Shown here: positions 1 through 12,902 of the stretch, one piece after another
Layout: each line of letters opens with the position of its first letter
Numbering within the stretch: the first letter of the stretch is position 1
From: an uncultured delta proteobacterium
GTDB lineage: Bacteria > Myxococcota_A > Polyangia > Polyangiales > Polyangiaceae
DNA length: 64,000 bases
Assembly: GCA_963696385.1 (NCBI GenBank)
Contig: CAVOKF010000003.1
Span: 672,001 to 736,000 of the forward strand
Direction of reading: 5' to 3'
The notes under the pieces: generated by a model
Databases searched by the model: none
What the model saw: only the letters and a program-made list of their open reading frames with translations
What the model was told of the DNA's origin: nothing
Position numbers and translations under genes: made by a program

Positions 1-70
1 GCCCGTCGAAATCTATGTCTCCGATGGCCTCATGTTCTAATCGACCGCGCGGCGAGCCCGACGCGGCGAG

Positions 71-1549
71 TCACTTGGCCAAAGCCGCGCCGCCGGAGAA
101 GGGCAGCAGCGACTTCAAATCCTGATCGTTGTACCGGAGCTGGAGCCCCAAGAAATAATCGCGTTCTGCCGGATAAAACACATTGTCGACCCCACCGAGT
201 AGCCATAGATGTTTGATGAATTCGTACGCGACGAAAACGCGGTACCGAGGCTGTGGCTCGACGCTGAACCCGAAGAGATCGTTGACGATCTCGATGCGAT
301 CCTGCAACAAGTGGATATCCAACCCGATGCCGCCGGTCGACTCCTTGATGCCGAATCGACCCGTGAACGGTCCGAGCCGCTTCGCAATCTGCAACGAAAA
401 CAGGAACGAATTGGTCGTGGTCGTGGTGATCGTCTGATAGTGTTGAGGTTTCTGAATATCCGTCGTGTCGACGTTCGTCTCCGTAATCGACGTGAGTCCA
501 CGTGGATCGTTGATGAGCTCGATGTCGAAATATTTGTCTTCGGACGGCTGCAGCCGAAGCTCGACGTAATTCTTGATGGTATTCGCTAGAAAGTTGTAGT
601 CCGTGCGCAGGCCGACGATCGTTTGCACCCGCGTGAGCGTTTGTACGTAATCGTTGACCCCCTCTGCAACCCCTTGCACTTCGTTGATCAGCTGGTCGTC
701 TTTGGTCAGTTTGCCCACGGTGCCCTCGCCGCGGTCGATCCGACCGGTCACGCTGTCGATGTGCGAGAGCGCGCCTTCCAGACTCTTGCTCGCGCGATCC
801 AGCCGTTCGAACGTATCCCGAAGCTCGCCCTTCTGAGCTTCCGGCGTCTGGCCTCCGGTCGCCAAGAGCTGCCGAGCGTCCTGCGTGACGACTCGAACGT
901 TTTCCAGAATCTGCGACAATTGCGGGTTCGCGTTCCGCGTGATCTCGTCCACGTTACGCAGCGTGTCGTTCAGGTACTCCCGGTTCTCCCGGATCGCATG
1001 ATTGATGGCGTCGGTGGCGTCGGCCAGATTCTGCAAGATGCTGCGAATGTTTTGGCCTCCTTGGTCGGTGCCGATCGACCTCGCGAGTTGCTCGGCCACC
1101 AAGCGTACGCTGTCGGCGATCTGCTTAACCTCGTCCAGGATTTGTCCGGGCGTCGCCTCTTCGACGATGACGCGAATCTCGTCGCCGTCGTGGAGCCTGG
1201 CGCGGTCAGCGGTGCCCGGCGTGAGGACCACCAGAGACTCGCCGAGCAACGAAGCCGCCTTCTTGCCGAGCGTGGCGTTCTCGTAGAGTGCCACGTCGCC
1301 GCGCACTTTCACGTCGAGCTGTGCCTGCCCGTTCACGAGGCGAATCGCATCGAGCGTTCCGACGGGAATGCCCGCGATCGAGACGCGCGAACGGCTTGCC
1401 AATCCCGTCGCATCGTGGATGAAGGCGTGCACCGTATAGCCACCGCCCCCGCCCGCCTCAGGGCTGATGAATCGGTAAATTCCGTAGCTTGCGGCTCCCG
1501 TCAAGACGACGAAGAGTCCAACCTTGGCCGCCTGCGTGCCCTTCGCCAT
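71..1549 (-). CDS. MlaD/MCE-family protein (N-terminal TM, MCE domain, long helical region)
   Basis: Starts MAKGTQAAKVGLFVVL. MCE motifs DATGLASRSRVSIAGIPVGTL and ASLLGESLVVLTPG; GEGTVGKLTKDDQL tail. Start trimmed to ATG at 1549. Confidence 0.85.
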   Translation of the reverse strand: MAKGTQAAKVGLFVVLTGAASYGIYRFISPEAGGGGGYTVHAFIHDATGLASRSRVSIAGIPVGTLDAIRLVNGQAQLDVKVRGDVALYENATLGKKAASLLGESLVVLTPGTADRARLHDGDEIRVIVEEATPGQILDEVKQIADSVRLVAEQLARSIGTDQGGQNIRSILQNLADATDAINHAIRENREYLNDTLRNVDEITRNANPQLSQILENVRVVTQDARQLLATGGQTPEAQKGELRDTFERLDRASKSLEGALSHIDSVTGRIDRGEGTVGKLTKDDQLINEVQGVAEGVNDYVQTLTRVQTIVGLRTDYNFLANTIKNYVELRLQPSEDKYFDIELINDPRGLTSITETNVDTTDIQKPQHYQTITTTTTNSFLFSLQIAKRLGPFTGRFGIKESTGGIGLDIHLLQDRIEIVNDLFGFSVEPQPRYRVFVAYEFIKHLWLLGGVDNVFYPAERDYFLGLQLRYNDQDLKSLLPFSGGAALAK

Positions 1550-1625
1550 CTGCTCGACGGCGGCTACCGTACCAGTGAGCTGGCCCCGTGAGGAGCTTGT
1601 CGCTGGCCGCAGTACGCCACGGCCC

Positions 1626-3260
1626 TCACGGCTCTTCGTAAATGGGCTCGGGCTCGGTGCCCTCGGTCGGGACCGATCCGGCTGAACTCGCCGAGGGGAG
1701 GGCGATGCCGTCGAGCTCTGCATCGAGCTCGCCCCGCCGCCTATCGAAGTCGTCGCGCAAGACGTGCGGAACGGTGCGCACTCCGTCGAGCCGAAGCGTC
1801 ATTGGATCGACAAAGACCCCGTTGCGCTTGATCCCGAAATGCAGGTGCGGCCCCGTAACCCGGCCCGTCTGGCCCACGTACCCGATAAGCTGCCGCTGCT
1901 CGACGTGTTCGCCAACGTGCAAGCCGGCCGCGTAGCGGGAAAGATGGCAGTAGATACTCGTGATCCCGCCCGCATGCGAAATTTCGACCTTGTTTCCGCA
2001 CGGCCCGCCGTTGCCCACGCTTGTCACAACGCCCGCGGCCGTGGCGTAAACCGGCGCGCCCATTGGCGCCGCGAAATCCACCCCGTTGTGAGGCATCAAG
2101 ACGTGCAGCACCGGGTGCATGCGGTGGGGATTGAAGCGCGACGCAATCCTGGCGAGCGGTACCGGGGCGCGAAAGCCGCCGTGAAGTGGCTGTCGACCTT
2201 TTGCGTCGTACCATCCGCGACGTTTCCGCGAGTCGTTGGTCGAGTCTCCGTCACCGATCGCGTACACCCGAACCGCCGGCGCATTTGCGCTCGCCGGAAA
2301 GTACTCGACGGCGTCGAGCGAAATCCAACGCACGAGCGCGCCCTCGACCTGCTCCTGGGTGCCGACGATCCGAAGGCGCGAGCCCGGCCGAATGTCCGAA
2401 AGCTCGGCGTGACCGTCGAGCGCGTCGTCGAGCATGGAAAGCATGTCGTCGACCGGCGTCAGACCCGCTTCCGTCAGCGAGGTGCGCAGGTCCGCGCCGA
2501 CCAGCACGGCTCGGCCGACACGAACGCGTGACGTCTGCAGATCGAGGCGTCGCGTTTCGAGCGACGTCGTACCGTCAGACTCCACTTCCTCGCGAGCCTG
2601 CCACACGTCGGAGGCCGTGCTTGCGAGTTCGAATGCGACGACGCGCCCGGTGGCCTTCTCGATCGCCAGGGTCACCGTGTCCGCCGGGCTCAAGCGATCG
2701 ATGCTACGCGCGGCACCGAGCGATTGCGTGACGCGCTGGGCTTCGTTGGGCGACAGCCTGACTGCAGCGAGAACGGCGAGCAGCGACCGGTGACCGACCA
2801 CGTCTTCCACGACACGAACGCCCGAAGCTTCCGAGAGTTGCGTGACGCGCCACACGGCCGCGTGGAACGGCGGCGCCGGGACTTCGGCACTTGCGGTCCG
2901 GTCCTTCGTCGCGCCGCCAACCACAGTCTCCGACGCGGCGACCGTCGCAGCAAGCGACGCCGCACTCACGGCAGGCGCATTGGCTCCCCCCGATCCCCGC
3001 AAGGCGATCGGCGCGCCGAGAAACGCGCCGAGGACCGCAGCGGCTCCGCCCGCAATCGCCAGTGCCATCCGCGCGCCGAACCGAAAGCCCCATTTTCGCG
3101 GCAGACCGCCTTTTTCCGCTCCAGGGGAAGAGCGGGCGATCGTCGCGGCGTGCGGAGTCTCGACTTCAAGGGAAGCGCTGTCCACGGGCTCCGTGGCGCC
3201 TGCGCGTTCCCCCTCGTCCGGCGCACACTCGCTCGGCGTCTTGGGCTCGGAACCCTGCAC
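1626..3260 (-). CDS. M23 family metallopeptidase (MepM/OapA-like, membrane anchored)
   Basis: HNGVDFAAPMGAPVYA (HxxxD), YCHLS and TGPHLHF (HxH) motifs; N-terminal TM segment. Confidence 0.9.
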   Translation of the reverse strand: MQGSEPKTPSECAPDEGERAGATEPVDSASLEVETPHAATIARSSPGAEKGGLPRKWGFRFGARMALAIAGGAAAVLGAFLGAPIALRGSGGANAPAVSAASLAATVAASETVVGGATKDRTASAEVPAPPFHAAVWRVTQLSEASGVRVVEDVVGHRSLLAVLAAVRLSPNEAQRVTQSLGAARSIDRLSPADTVTLAIEKATGRVVAFELASTASDVWQAREEVESDGTTSLETRRLDLQTSRVRVGRAVLVGADLRTSLTEAGLTPVDDMLSMLDDALDGHAELSDIRPGSRLRIVGTQEQVEGALVRWISLDAVEYFPASANAPAVRVYAIGDGDSTNDSRKRRGWYDAKGRQPLHGGFRAPVPLARIASRFNPHRMHPVLHVLMPHNGVDFAAPMGAPVYATAAGVVTSVGNGGPCGNKVEISHAGGITSIYCHLSRYAAGLHVGEHVEQRQLIGYVGQTGRVTGPHLHFGIKRNGVFVDPMTLRLDGVRTVPHVLRDDFDRRRGELDAELDGIALPSASSAGSVPTEGTEPEPIYEEP

Positions 3261-3473
3261 TTGACATTAGGCCTTAGCGGCAGACGGGTGCGGGCGCAAA
3301 CAGAATTGACTCGGGTCCGCACCGCCCCCCCCTTTCCGTGGCAACGCACGGACAGTTACACCTTCCAGCCCGTGACGCATTCGTCGTACTCTCAGGGAGC
3401 GGCCTTTATCGAGCCGGCAGGGGCCACGGGGGCACGCCAGGTCGAACTCCACGGGACCCGCAAGGGCCACACC

Positions 3474-4184
3474 ATGGACGAGCAAACAAAGCAACGACTG
3501 CTGCTGGGCCGCGAACACTACCAAAAGAGAGAGTTCGACAGGGCCGAGCCGCTGCTCCGGCAGGTGCTCGAGAAGAGCGATCGACTCGCCGACGTCCATG
3601 ACATGCTCGGAGTCATTTGCCACGGTCACGGCAATTTCGTGCAGGCAGAACATCACTTCGAGCGAGCGCTCGCGATCAACCCCAGTTACACGGAGGCCGC
3701 GCTCAACCTCGCCGTGACCTACAACGATCGCGGGAAGTACGACGCCGCACGACAGACCTACGCGCGGATCCGCGGGATGGCGAGCGACAGCGCGCATGTG
3801 CTGGACCCGTTCGCTCGCGGCAAGATCGCAAACATGCACGCCGAAGTCGCCCAAGCGTACGCCGACGCGGGTCTCCTTCACGACGCGATTACCGAGTATG
3901 AAAGGGCGGTTCGCCTTTGCCCACAGTTCGCTGATTTGCGAACCAAGCTCGGCACGCTCCTCCGCGAGACCAACGACCTCGGGCGCTCCCGAGAGCAATA
4001 CGAGGCGGCCGTCGAAGCGCGCCCGAACTACACTGCAGCGCGCATCCAGTTGGGCGTCACGCTCCTCGCGCTCGGAGAGACCGATGCGGCGGCCGAGCAA
4101 TGGCGAAGGGTCCTCGAGCTCGATCCGGACAACGTCCCGGCACGCATGTACCTGCGCGTCTGCGGATCAAGTGGACACGAGTGA
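3474..4184 (+). CDS. Tetratricopeptide repeat protein
   Basis: From MDEQTKQRLLLG, several TPR units (HFERALAINPSYTEAALNLA; YERAVRLCPQFAD; WRRVLELDPDN). Confidence 0.85.
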   Translation: MDEQTKQRLLLGREHYQKREFDRAEPLLRQVLEKSDRLADVHDMLGVICHGHGNFVQAEHHFERALAINPSYTEAALNLAVTYNDRGKYDAARQTYARIRGMASDSAHVLDPFARGKIANMHAEVAQAYADAGLLHDAITEYERAVRLCPQFADLRTKLGTLLRETNDLGRSREQYEAAVEARPNYTAARIQLGVTLLALGETDAAAEQWRRVLELDPDNVPARMYLRVCGSSGHE

Positions 4185-4925
4185 CCACATCGAACGCGAA
4201 TCGTGCAGCGCGGCCCACTCGCCGTGCGCGTCGAACACGCGCTCGAAGTGCGGCAGCGTCGATCGTGCAATCGACTCCATGGCCGGTGGGCGGATGCCCG
4301 AAGCTACGACTGAGGTCACCCCGTACTCCGCGATGCCACATGGGACGATCCAGCGATAGGCCGTCAGATCCGTCGACACGTTGTAGGCAAAGCCATGCAT
4401 CGTTACCCAGCGTGAGATCCGCACACCGATGGCGCCTATCTTCGCAGCGACCTTCGCCCCACCGGGCAGCCGCGGATCGCCCGCCCATCTCCTCGGACGG
4501 TCCGCATCGACCCAAACGCCCACGAGCTTTGAGTCGCCTTCAAGGAAGCTGGCCTCGATGCCCATGTCGTGAGAGATGCCGATCATCACGTGGGCTAGGT
4601 CTCGCACGTAACGACGTACGTCACATCGATCCGGCCGCAAGTCGAAAATGGGGTACGCGACCAGTTGGCCGGGCCCATGGTACGTGACGTCTCCTCCCCT
4701 GCCGGTCTCGTGGACCTGGATGCCCCGGCTCGTGAGCTCCGTGCGCGAGACGAGAATATTGTGCGCACGGGCTGTTCGACCCAACGTGATGACGGGGTCG
4801 TGCTCGAGCAGAAGGACTGTGTCACCCACCGCCCCGGCGATGCGCGCCCGAAGGATCTGCTCCTGAAGGGCGTGCGCTTGCAGGTAAGGCACACGGCCTA
4901 GCCAGTGGGCGACGAACCGGCGCAT
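4167..4925 (-). CDS. lipB: Lipoyl(octanoyl) transferase
   Basis: EHDPVITLG, RGGDVTYHGPGQLVAYP, KIGAIG, HGFAYN and IVPCG motifs. Confidence 0.95.
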   Translation of the reverse strand: MRRFVAHWLGRVPYLQAHALQEQILRARIAGAVGDTVLLLEHDPVITLGRTARAHNILVSRTELTSRGIQVHETGRGGDVTYHGPGQLVAYPIFDLRPDRCDVRRYVRDLAHVMIGISHDMGIEASFLEGDSKLVGVWVDADRPRRWAGDPRLPGGAKVAAKIGAIGVRISRWVTMHGFAYNVSTDLTAYRWIVPCGIAEYGVTSVVASGIRPPAMESIARSTLPHFERVFDAHGEWAALHDSRSMWSLVST

Positions 4926-4955
4926 TACCGAGGGGCGCGACTGAGAACCGCTCGT

Positions 4956-8013
<3,058 letters not shown>

Positions 8014-8143
8014 CGGCAACGATGGGTTTCGACTGTAACAGATTCGACCCGCTCCCAAAGGCGCTTTGTCCCTTTGTACTGTAGGCTTGGGTCCGGAGCC
8101 GCTTGCGCATGCGGCGAGCCCGTGAAACGGTTCGCAAGACGAC

Positions 8144-8818
8144 ATGTCGGCCGGCAGAAACGTGGAGACTCTCGGCGCACAGGGCGAGCGACTCGGCGCC
8201 CGAGGCGAGCGAATGGGCGCCCTCGCCCACGTGCGTCGCGTCCTGATCGTCATCGCGGGATACGCCGCCGTCGGTATTTTTGCGGTCGCGGCATCCGTGC
8301 TTCTGGGCCGCGATCCCATGGCGTGCGACGGATGGATCGGAGCGCACCATGCCGCCTCGCTCCTCTTGAGCCTCGGGCTCGGGGTGCCCCTTGGCGCAAT
8401 CACCATCGTTTCGACGCGCATTGTCGTCCGCCGCTCGTCTTGGGCTCACGCACTCCACGAGGCGCTGCGGCCTGCGGTGCACAGTGCTGACGACGTGACC
8501 GTTTTCGCCGTCGCAGCGGCCAGCTCGGCTGGCGAAGAACTCCTCTTTCGAGGTCTTCTCGTGCCCATCGTCGGGGTGTTCGCTTCGTCGATCCTGTTTG
8601 GCGCCGTGCACCAAATTCGCGGGCCCGCGCGATGGCCATGGATGGCTTGGGCCACGCTCATGGGTTTTCTTTTTGCAGCCGTATTTGCCTCGACCGGCAG
8701 CCTTGCTGGACCCCTCGTCGCGCACGCTGCCATCAACCACTCGAACCTTCGCTTCTTGCGCGACAACAGCCGGATTCCGCGAAGGCGCTCCTTGGGTGGA
8801 CTGCTCCGCCGGCCCTAA
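8144..8818 (+). CDS. CPBP (Abi/Rce1-like) intramembrane glutamic endopeptidase
   Basis: EELLFRG, FGAVH and HAAINH motifs; multiple TM segments. Start uncertain. Confidence 0.85.
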   Translation: MSAGRNVETLGAQGERLGARGERMGALAHVRRVLIVIAGYAAVGIFAVAASVLLGRDPMACDGWIGAHHAASLLLSLGLGVPLGAITIVSTRIVVRRSSWAHALHEALRPAVHSADDVTVFAVAAASSAGEELLFRGLLVPIVGVFASSILFGAVHQIRGPARWPWMAWATLMGFLFAAVFASTGSLAGPLVAHAAINHSNLRFLRDNSRIPRRRSLGGLLRRP

Positions 8819-8991
8819 CCTAGGGCTCCATTCTCCAAGTCAGACCCAGTCGCTTCGATCCGCCCGGTTGCCTCGACGCGATCGACTTCGATCTGCTCGT
8901 TGCGCGCCTCGAGTCTGAGGGCCTCGCCGTCGTAGGGGCAGACAGCCGAAGCGCCGACTTGAGGCTCTGCGCATCGTGGACAGAGTTTCAT
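8815..8991 (-). CDS. Putative 58-aa zinc-ribbon microprotein
   Basis: MKLCPRCAEPQVGASAVCPYDGEAL (CxxC...CPxDG); start lies just downstream of the glnE stop at 9020. Confidence 0.45.
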   Translation of the reverse strand: MKLCPRCAEPQVGASAVCPYDGEALRLEARNEQIEVDRVEATGRIEATGSDLENGALG

Positions 8992-9019
8992 CGGACGTGT
9001 ACGTGCGCGATGGTCTGCA

Positions 9020-11944
9020 TCACCGCGTCCCCAGAACCCGATGGTACGCGGCACGAACCTCGCGCGTCACCATCACGTAACGATCCAGAAGAAGCTGGTC
9101 TGCCCGCGCGCGCGGGGCGTCGCGCATTCCCATGCGTCTCGCCAGCGTCACGAGACCGGGCGCTCCTTCCTCGAGCAGACTGACGCTCACTCCGTGCGAA
9201 ATGCGCAAGCGTTGCTCGAGTCTTCGCAGAAATAGCCACGCGTCGCGAAGCGTTTCCGCCAAAGGCGCCTCGATGTACGCGCACGTCTCGAGAGCGGACA
9301 GCGCGACTTCGGTCTCCGTAGCGCGCACCCGCGGATCCAAGCCGTAGCGCATCTGAAGCCACTGCGTCGCAAACTCGATGTCGACGAGCCCGCCACGGCC
9401 CACCTTCAAGTCGTATCGGGAGGGCGAGCGATCGAGCCGCTCGTGTCCAAGCTCGCGCTCCATGCGTCCTCGCAAATACTGCAGGCGCTGTGGGTCCGGA
9501 GCGCCGCGCTCGAACGCAGCGCGATGAGCGATCTCGATGACCCGTGCACCCAACTCGGGGTCACCTGCGCAAGCGCGAGCCTTCACGAGCGCCTGGCGCT
9601 CCCAGCTTTCGGCGCGTTCGTCCTGATATCGTCCGAAGCCGTCGAGCGAGACCACGAGAAGGCCCTGATTGCCCGACGGACGAAGTCTCGTATCGAGAGA
9701 GTAGCCAACGCCCTCGCGATGCGGGGTCTCCATCAACCGGAGCACGCGTTGGGCGACGCGGGCGAATCGCTCCGGGGCCGCCTCGTCGATCGCCTCGTAC
9801 ACGAAGAAAATATCCAGGTCCGATCCGTACCCGATCTCGCGCCCACCGAACGTTCCCAAGGCCACGACGGCCAGGCCGCGCGCGCCGCCTCCTCCGTCCG
9901 GGCTTGCTTGCCCCGACGGCGCCGTGCCACTCGTCTCGCACAATGCGAAGTTTACGGCGTGGGAGAGGATGGCGTCGGCCAGTGCCGTCAGGGCACGCGT
10001 GACATCGACCGTTCCCAGCTCACCCGCCAGGTCGGCAAGACCGACCTCGAAGGTGACACGCCGCTTCGCGCGGCGAATTGCGCCAACGAACGCATCCACG
10101 TCGCGGGCGTCGTCCGGAGAAAGCGCGGCCACCTCCTCGTCGACCTGAACGCGTGGAACGTCGGCCGACGGTGCGCCGCGCGCATACAAAACGCGGTCAA
10201 CGAGATCGGGATGACTCACGATCGACTCCCCGAGAAAAGCGCTGGCCCCCAAAAGCGAGCAGAGTGCGCGCACCAGCCGGGGATCGTCGGCCAGAGCGCG
10301 AACATAGGCACCGGGCGTGGCAAGACGAGCGAAAAATGCCGACAGAAGACGCGACGCCTGTTCCGGGTCGGCGGCATCCGCGAGGGCGTCGATAAGACGG
10401 GCCGAAAAATGGGGATCTCGATCGCGCGTCGTCGCCGCGAGCGGACTGTCCGGCTTGCGCGCGAGAGACAGGAGATGTCGTGGCAAGTCGACGCCAGCAG
10501 CGCCGAAGCGCCCCGACGCGGCTCGTGCGACAGCCCCCTCGTCGTGCGAATCGAGAGCCGTCCATAGCCCCCCCAGCGAAGGGTCTTCGCGCAACGCCCC
10601 CGAAGGCCCCAGCGACGCGAAACGCGCCGAGACACGTGCACGAACTGCGTCGATCTCGCGCACGAGCGGCTCCGATCCGTCGTACCCGAGCGATCGCGCG
10701 ATGCGGTCGCGCATGGGTTCTTCCCGAGGCAGTGTGTGTGTCTGCTGCCCGGTCGCAAACTGGATGCGGTGCTCGAGTCGCCGCAAAAAAAGGTACGCGT
10801 CAGCGAGCTCCTGTTCTTCGCGCTCGGTCACGAACCCGCCCGCCCGCAGACGCCGCAGAGCTTCAACGGTATTGCGGCATTGTACGCGCGGCTCGCGCCC
10901 ACCCCAGACGAGCTGCAAGCCCTGGGCGAAGAACTCGATCTCGCGGATGCCACCGGGGCCGATCTTCAGGTCGTCGCGTGCCAGGGCCCCGGCCTCGGTG
11001 CGCGCGCGGGCAAGCATCGCGGCCATGTCGTCGATGACGCGCGGATCCACTGCACGACGCCATACGAACGGGGCCAAGGCTGAAAGAAGAGAGTCGCCGA
11101 AGCGGAGATCCCCGGCAATCGGCCTGGCGCGCACGAGTGCCGCGCGCTCCCACGATCGACCCCACGTTTCATAATAGCGCTCGGCCGCCGCGAGTGCGTT
11201 GACCAGCGGTCCTCGCGTCCCCTCGGGCCGCAAGCGAAGATCAACCCTCCAAGCCACACCGTCCTCCGTGGCGTCGTCGATCGTTGCAACGAACCGCTGT
11301 GCCACTCGAGTGAAGTGCTCGTGCAGCGTGTGCGCGGGGCCGCCCCCCACCTGCGGCGGGCGCACGACCCCGTCGTCGGTCTCGTAAAAGAGTGTGAGGT
11401 CGACATCGCTTCCCGCGTTCAGCTCCCGCCCGCCGAGCTTGCCCATTCCGATGACGACGAATGCGCACGGAGATCCATTTGCGGCGAAAGGTTCACCGAA
11501 CCGAGCCTGCGCCCACGTGGCAGCCTCTGTGAGCGCGATTTCGCAGGAGACGTCCGCCAAGTCGGAGAGCTCTCGGGCCGTTACGTCGACGTCTTGCCCT
11601 GGATACGCAAGGACTTCTCGCACTGCGATGCGCAGCTTCTCTCGAGCGACAAAGCGTCGCAGTCCGCGCTGGACGCGCAGCCTATCGGTGACATCGCCGA
11701 CTGCCGTCGCTGCGAGGCGACGGTACGTACGCAAGTCGCGCGCCTGCCGAGTCCCGCGGGCGACGGCGACAAGGTCTTCGGGATGCGCATGGATCTCAGG
11801 GGCGAGGCCGGGGTACGCGCAGGCGACCAGAGCGCCGAGTTCGATGACGTCTTCGCGAGGTCGCTCTCCGAACGCGTGGAGACGCGACGTAATGAGCACC
11901 CGCGCCGCCTCGGCATCGTGTGGAGCGACGTCGATGGCGCGCAT
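9020..11944 (-). CDS. glnE: Bifunctional glutamine synthetase adenylyltransferase/deadenylyltransferase
   Basis: Two nucleotidyltransferase halves: GKLGGRELNAGSDVD...DLRLRPEG...WERAAL and GGREIGYGSDLD...DTRLRPSG...WERQAL. Confidence 0.95.
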   Translation of the reverse strand: MRAIDVAPHDAEAARVLITSRLHAFGERPREDVIELGALVACAYPGLAPEIHAHPEDLVAVARGTRQARDLRTYRRLAATAVGDVTDRLRVQRGLRRFVAREKLRIAVREVLAYPGQDVDVTARELSDLADVSCEIALTEAATWAQARFGEPFAANGSPCAFVVIGMGKLGGRELNAGSDVDLTLFYETDDGVVRPPQVGGGPAHTLHEHFTRVAQRFVATIDDATEDGVAWRVDLRLRPEGTRGPLVNALAAAERYYETWGRSWERAALVRARPIAGDLRFGDSLLSALAPFVWRRAVDPRVIDDMAAMLARARTEAGALARDDLKIGPGGIREIEFFAQGLQLVWGGREPRVQCRNTVEALRRLRAGGFVTEREEQELADAYLFLRRLEHRIQFATGQQTHTLPREEPMRDRIARSLGYDGSEPLVREIDAVRARVSARFASLGPSGALREDPSLGGLWTALDSHDEGAVARAASGRFGAAGVDLPRHLLSLARKPDSPLAATTRDRDPHFSARLIDALADAADPEQASRLLSAFFARLATPGAYVRALADDPRLVRALCSLLGASAFLGESIVSHPDLVDRVLYARGAPSADVPRVQVDEEVAALSPDDARDVDAFVGAIRRAKRRVTFEVGLADLAGELGTVDVTRALTALADAILSHAVNFALCETSGTAPSGQASPDGGGGARGLAVVALGTFGGREIGYGSDLDIFFVYEAIDEAAPERFARVAQRVLRLMETPHREGVGYSLDTRLRPSGNQGLLVVSLDGFGRYQDERAESWERQALVKARACAGDPELGARVIEIAHRAAFERGAPDPQRLQYLRGRMERELGHERLDRSPSRYDLKVGRGGLVDIEFATQWLQMRYGLDPRVRATETEVALSALETCAYIEAPLAETLRDAWLFLRRLEQRLRISHGVSVSLLEEGAPGLVTLARRMGMRDAPRARADQLLLDRYVMVTREVRAAYHRVLGTR

Positions 11945-12079
11945 CTTTAACGCAGACTAATCCCGCCACTGCGGGGCGTTAAGCCAGGAACGCTCGACGA
12001 TAGGGCCCTCGCACGAGTGTTCGTGGCCGCGGTTCTCCGCGGTTCTCAAAGGGCCCGTCGCCGCAATTTGGGAGCGGAG

Positions 12080-12787
12080 TCAGCGCCGCCATGTCGACCC
12101 CCAAAGCGGAAACATCATGATGGCCGCCCAATCGAAGAGGGCGTGTGCCAGGATGCCCGGCGCGAGTCGCCCGAAGAAGCGCGCCATGCCTGCCCAAAGG
12201 AAGCCCCCGCCGAGCGCCGCAACGAAGACCACGGGGTTCGGTCCCGCGCCGGAGCCCAGCGCAACGGCCGTCGGAACGGTCGCGGCAGCATAAAGCCCTG
12301 CCGCCCAAAGCCACGCGAAGCGTGAACCGAAACGGTCGGCAACCAGCTGCGTGATCATGCCCCGCCACAAGACTTCCTCGGCCGCCGACGCCACGATGAG
12401 CGCCGTGGCGACAGCACCCGCGTGGGCCTGCAGCTCGCGTGGATCGCCGATCTGCCCGTACAGCGACACGAGCCAGATCTCGCGCGTCGAGCCCACCGGA
12501 GCGGCGGCCCGGGCGAAGCCCCATGCGACGGCAAACAGAACGAGAGCGCCGAACAACCCGCGCGTGAAGTCTCCCCACCGCGGGGTCATCCACCCGCGCA
12601 AAAGCCCCTGCCGCTCTGCCCATACGGCGGCGATCGCGGCCAAGACGACCGTGGGACCTTCCGCGAGGAGCCAGAACGCCGTTCTCGCCGCGCGCTCGGG
12701 TGAAAATGCCAGGTACCAAGCCGCGCTGCTCACGACGAAGACGACCGCAACGAAGAGGGCCGCAGCAGAACGCATGGCGAGGGTCAT
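12080..12787 (-). CDS. CPBP family intramembrane protease (motif-2 His absent)
   Basis: EEVLWRG and HALFD motifs, ~7 TM segments; LYAAAT where FxxxH is expected. Confidence 0.75.
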   Translation of the reverse strand: MTLAMRSAAALFVAVVFVVSSAAWYLAFSPERAARTAFWLLAEGPTVVLAAIAAVWAERQGLLRGWMTPRWGDFTRGLFGALVLFAVAWGFARAAAPVGSTREIWLVSLYGQIGDPRELQAHAGAVATALIVASAAEEVLWRGMITQLVADRFGSRFAWLWAAGLYAAATVPTAVALGSGAGPNPVVFVAALGGGFLWAGMARFFGRLAPGILAHALFDWAAIMMFPLWGSTWRR

Positions 12788-12902
12788 CACGTAATCGAAA
12801 CGTGGCGCCCGTGCGAGCCACGTTGGACGAACGGTCCTGTCCACCCGGTCGCGCATGCGCGGTCGGCATGGGCGACGGATCGAATTCTGATAGTCTCGAC
12901 CC

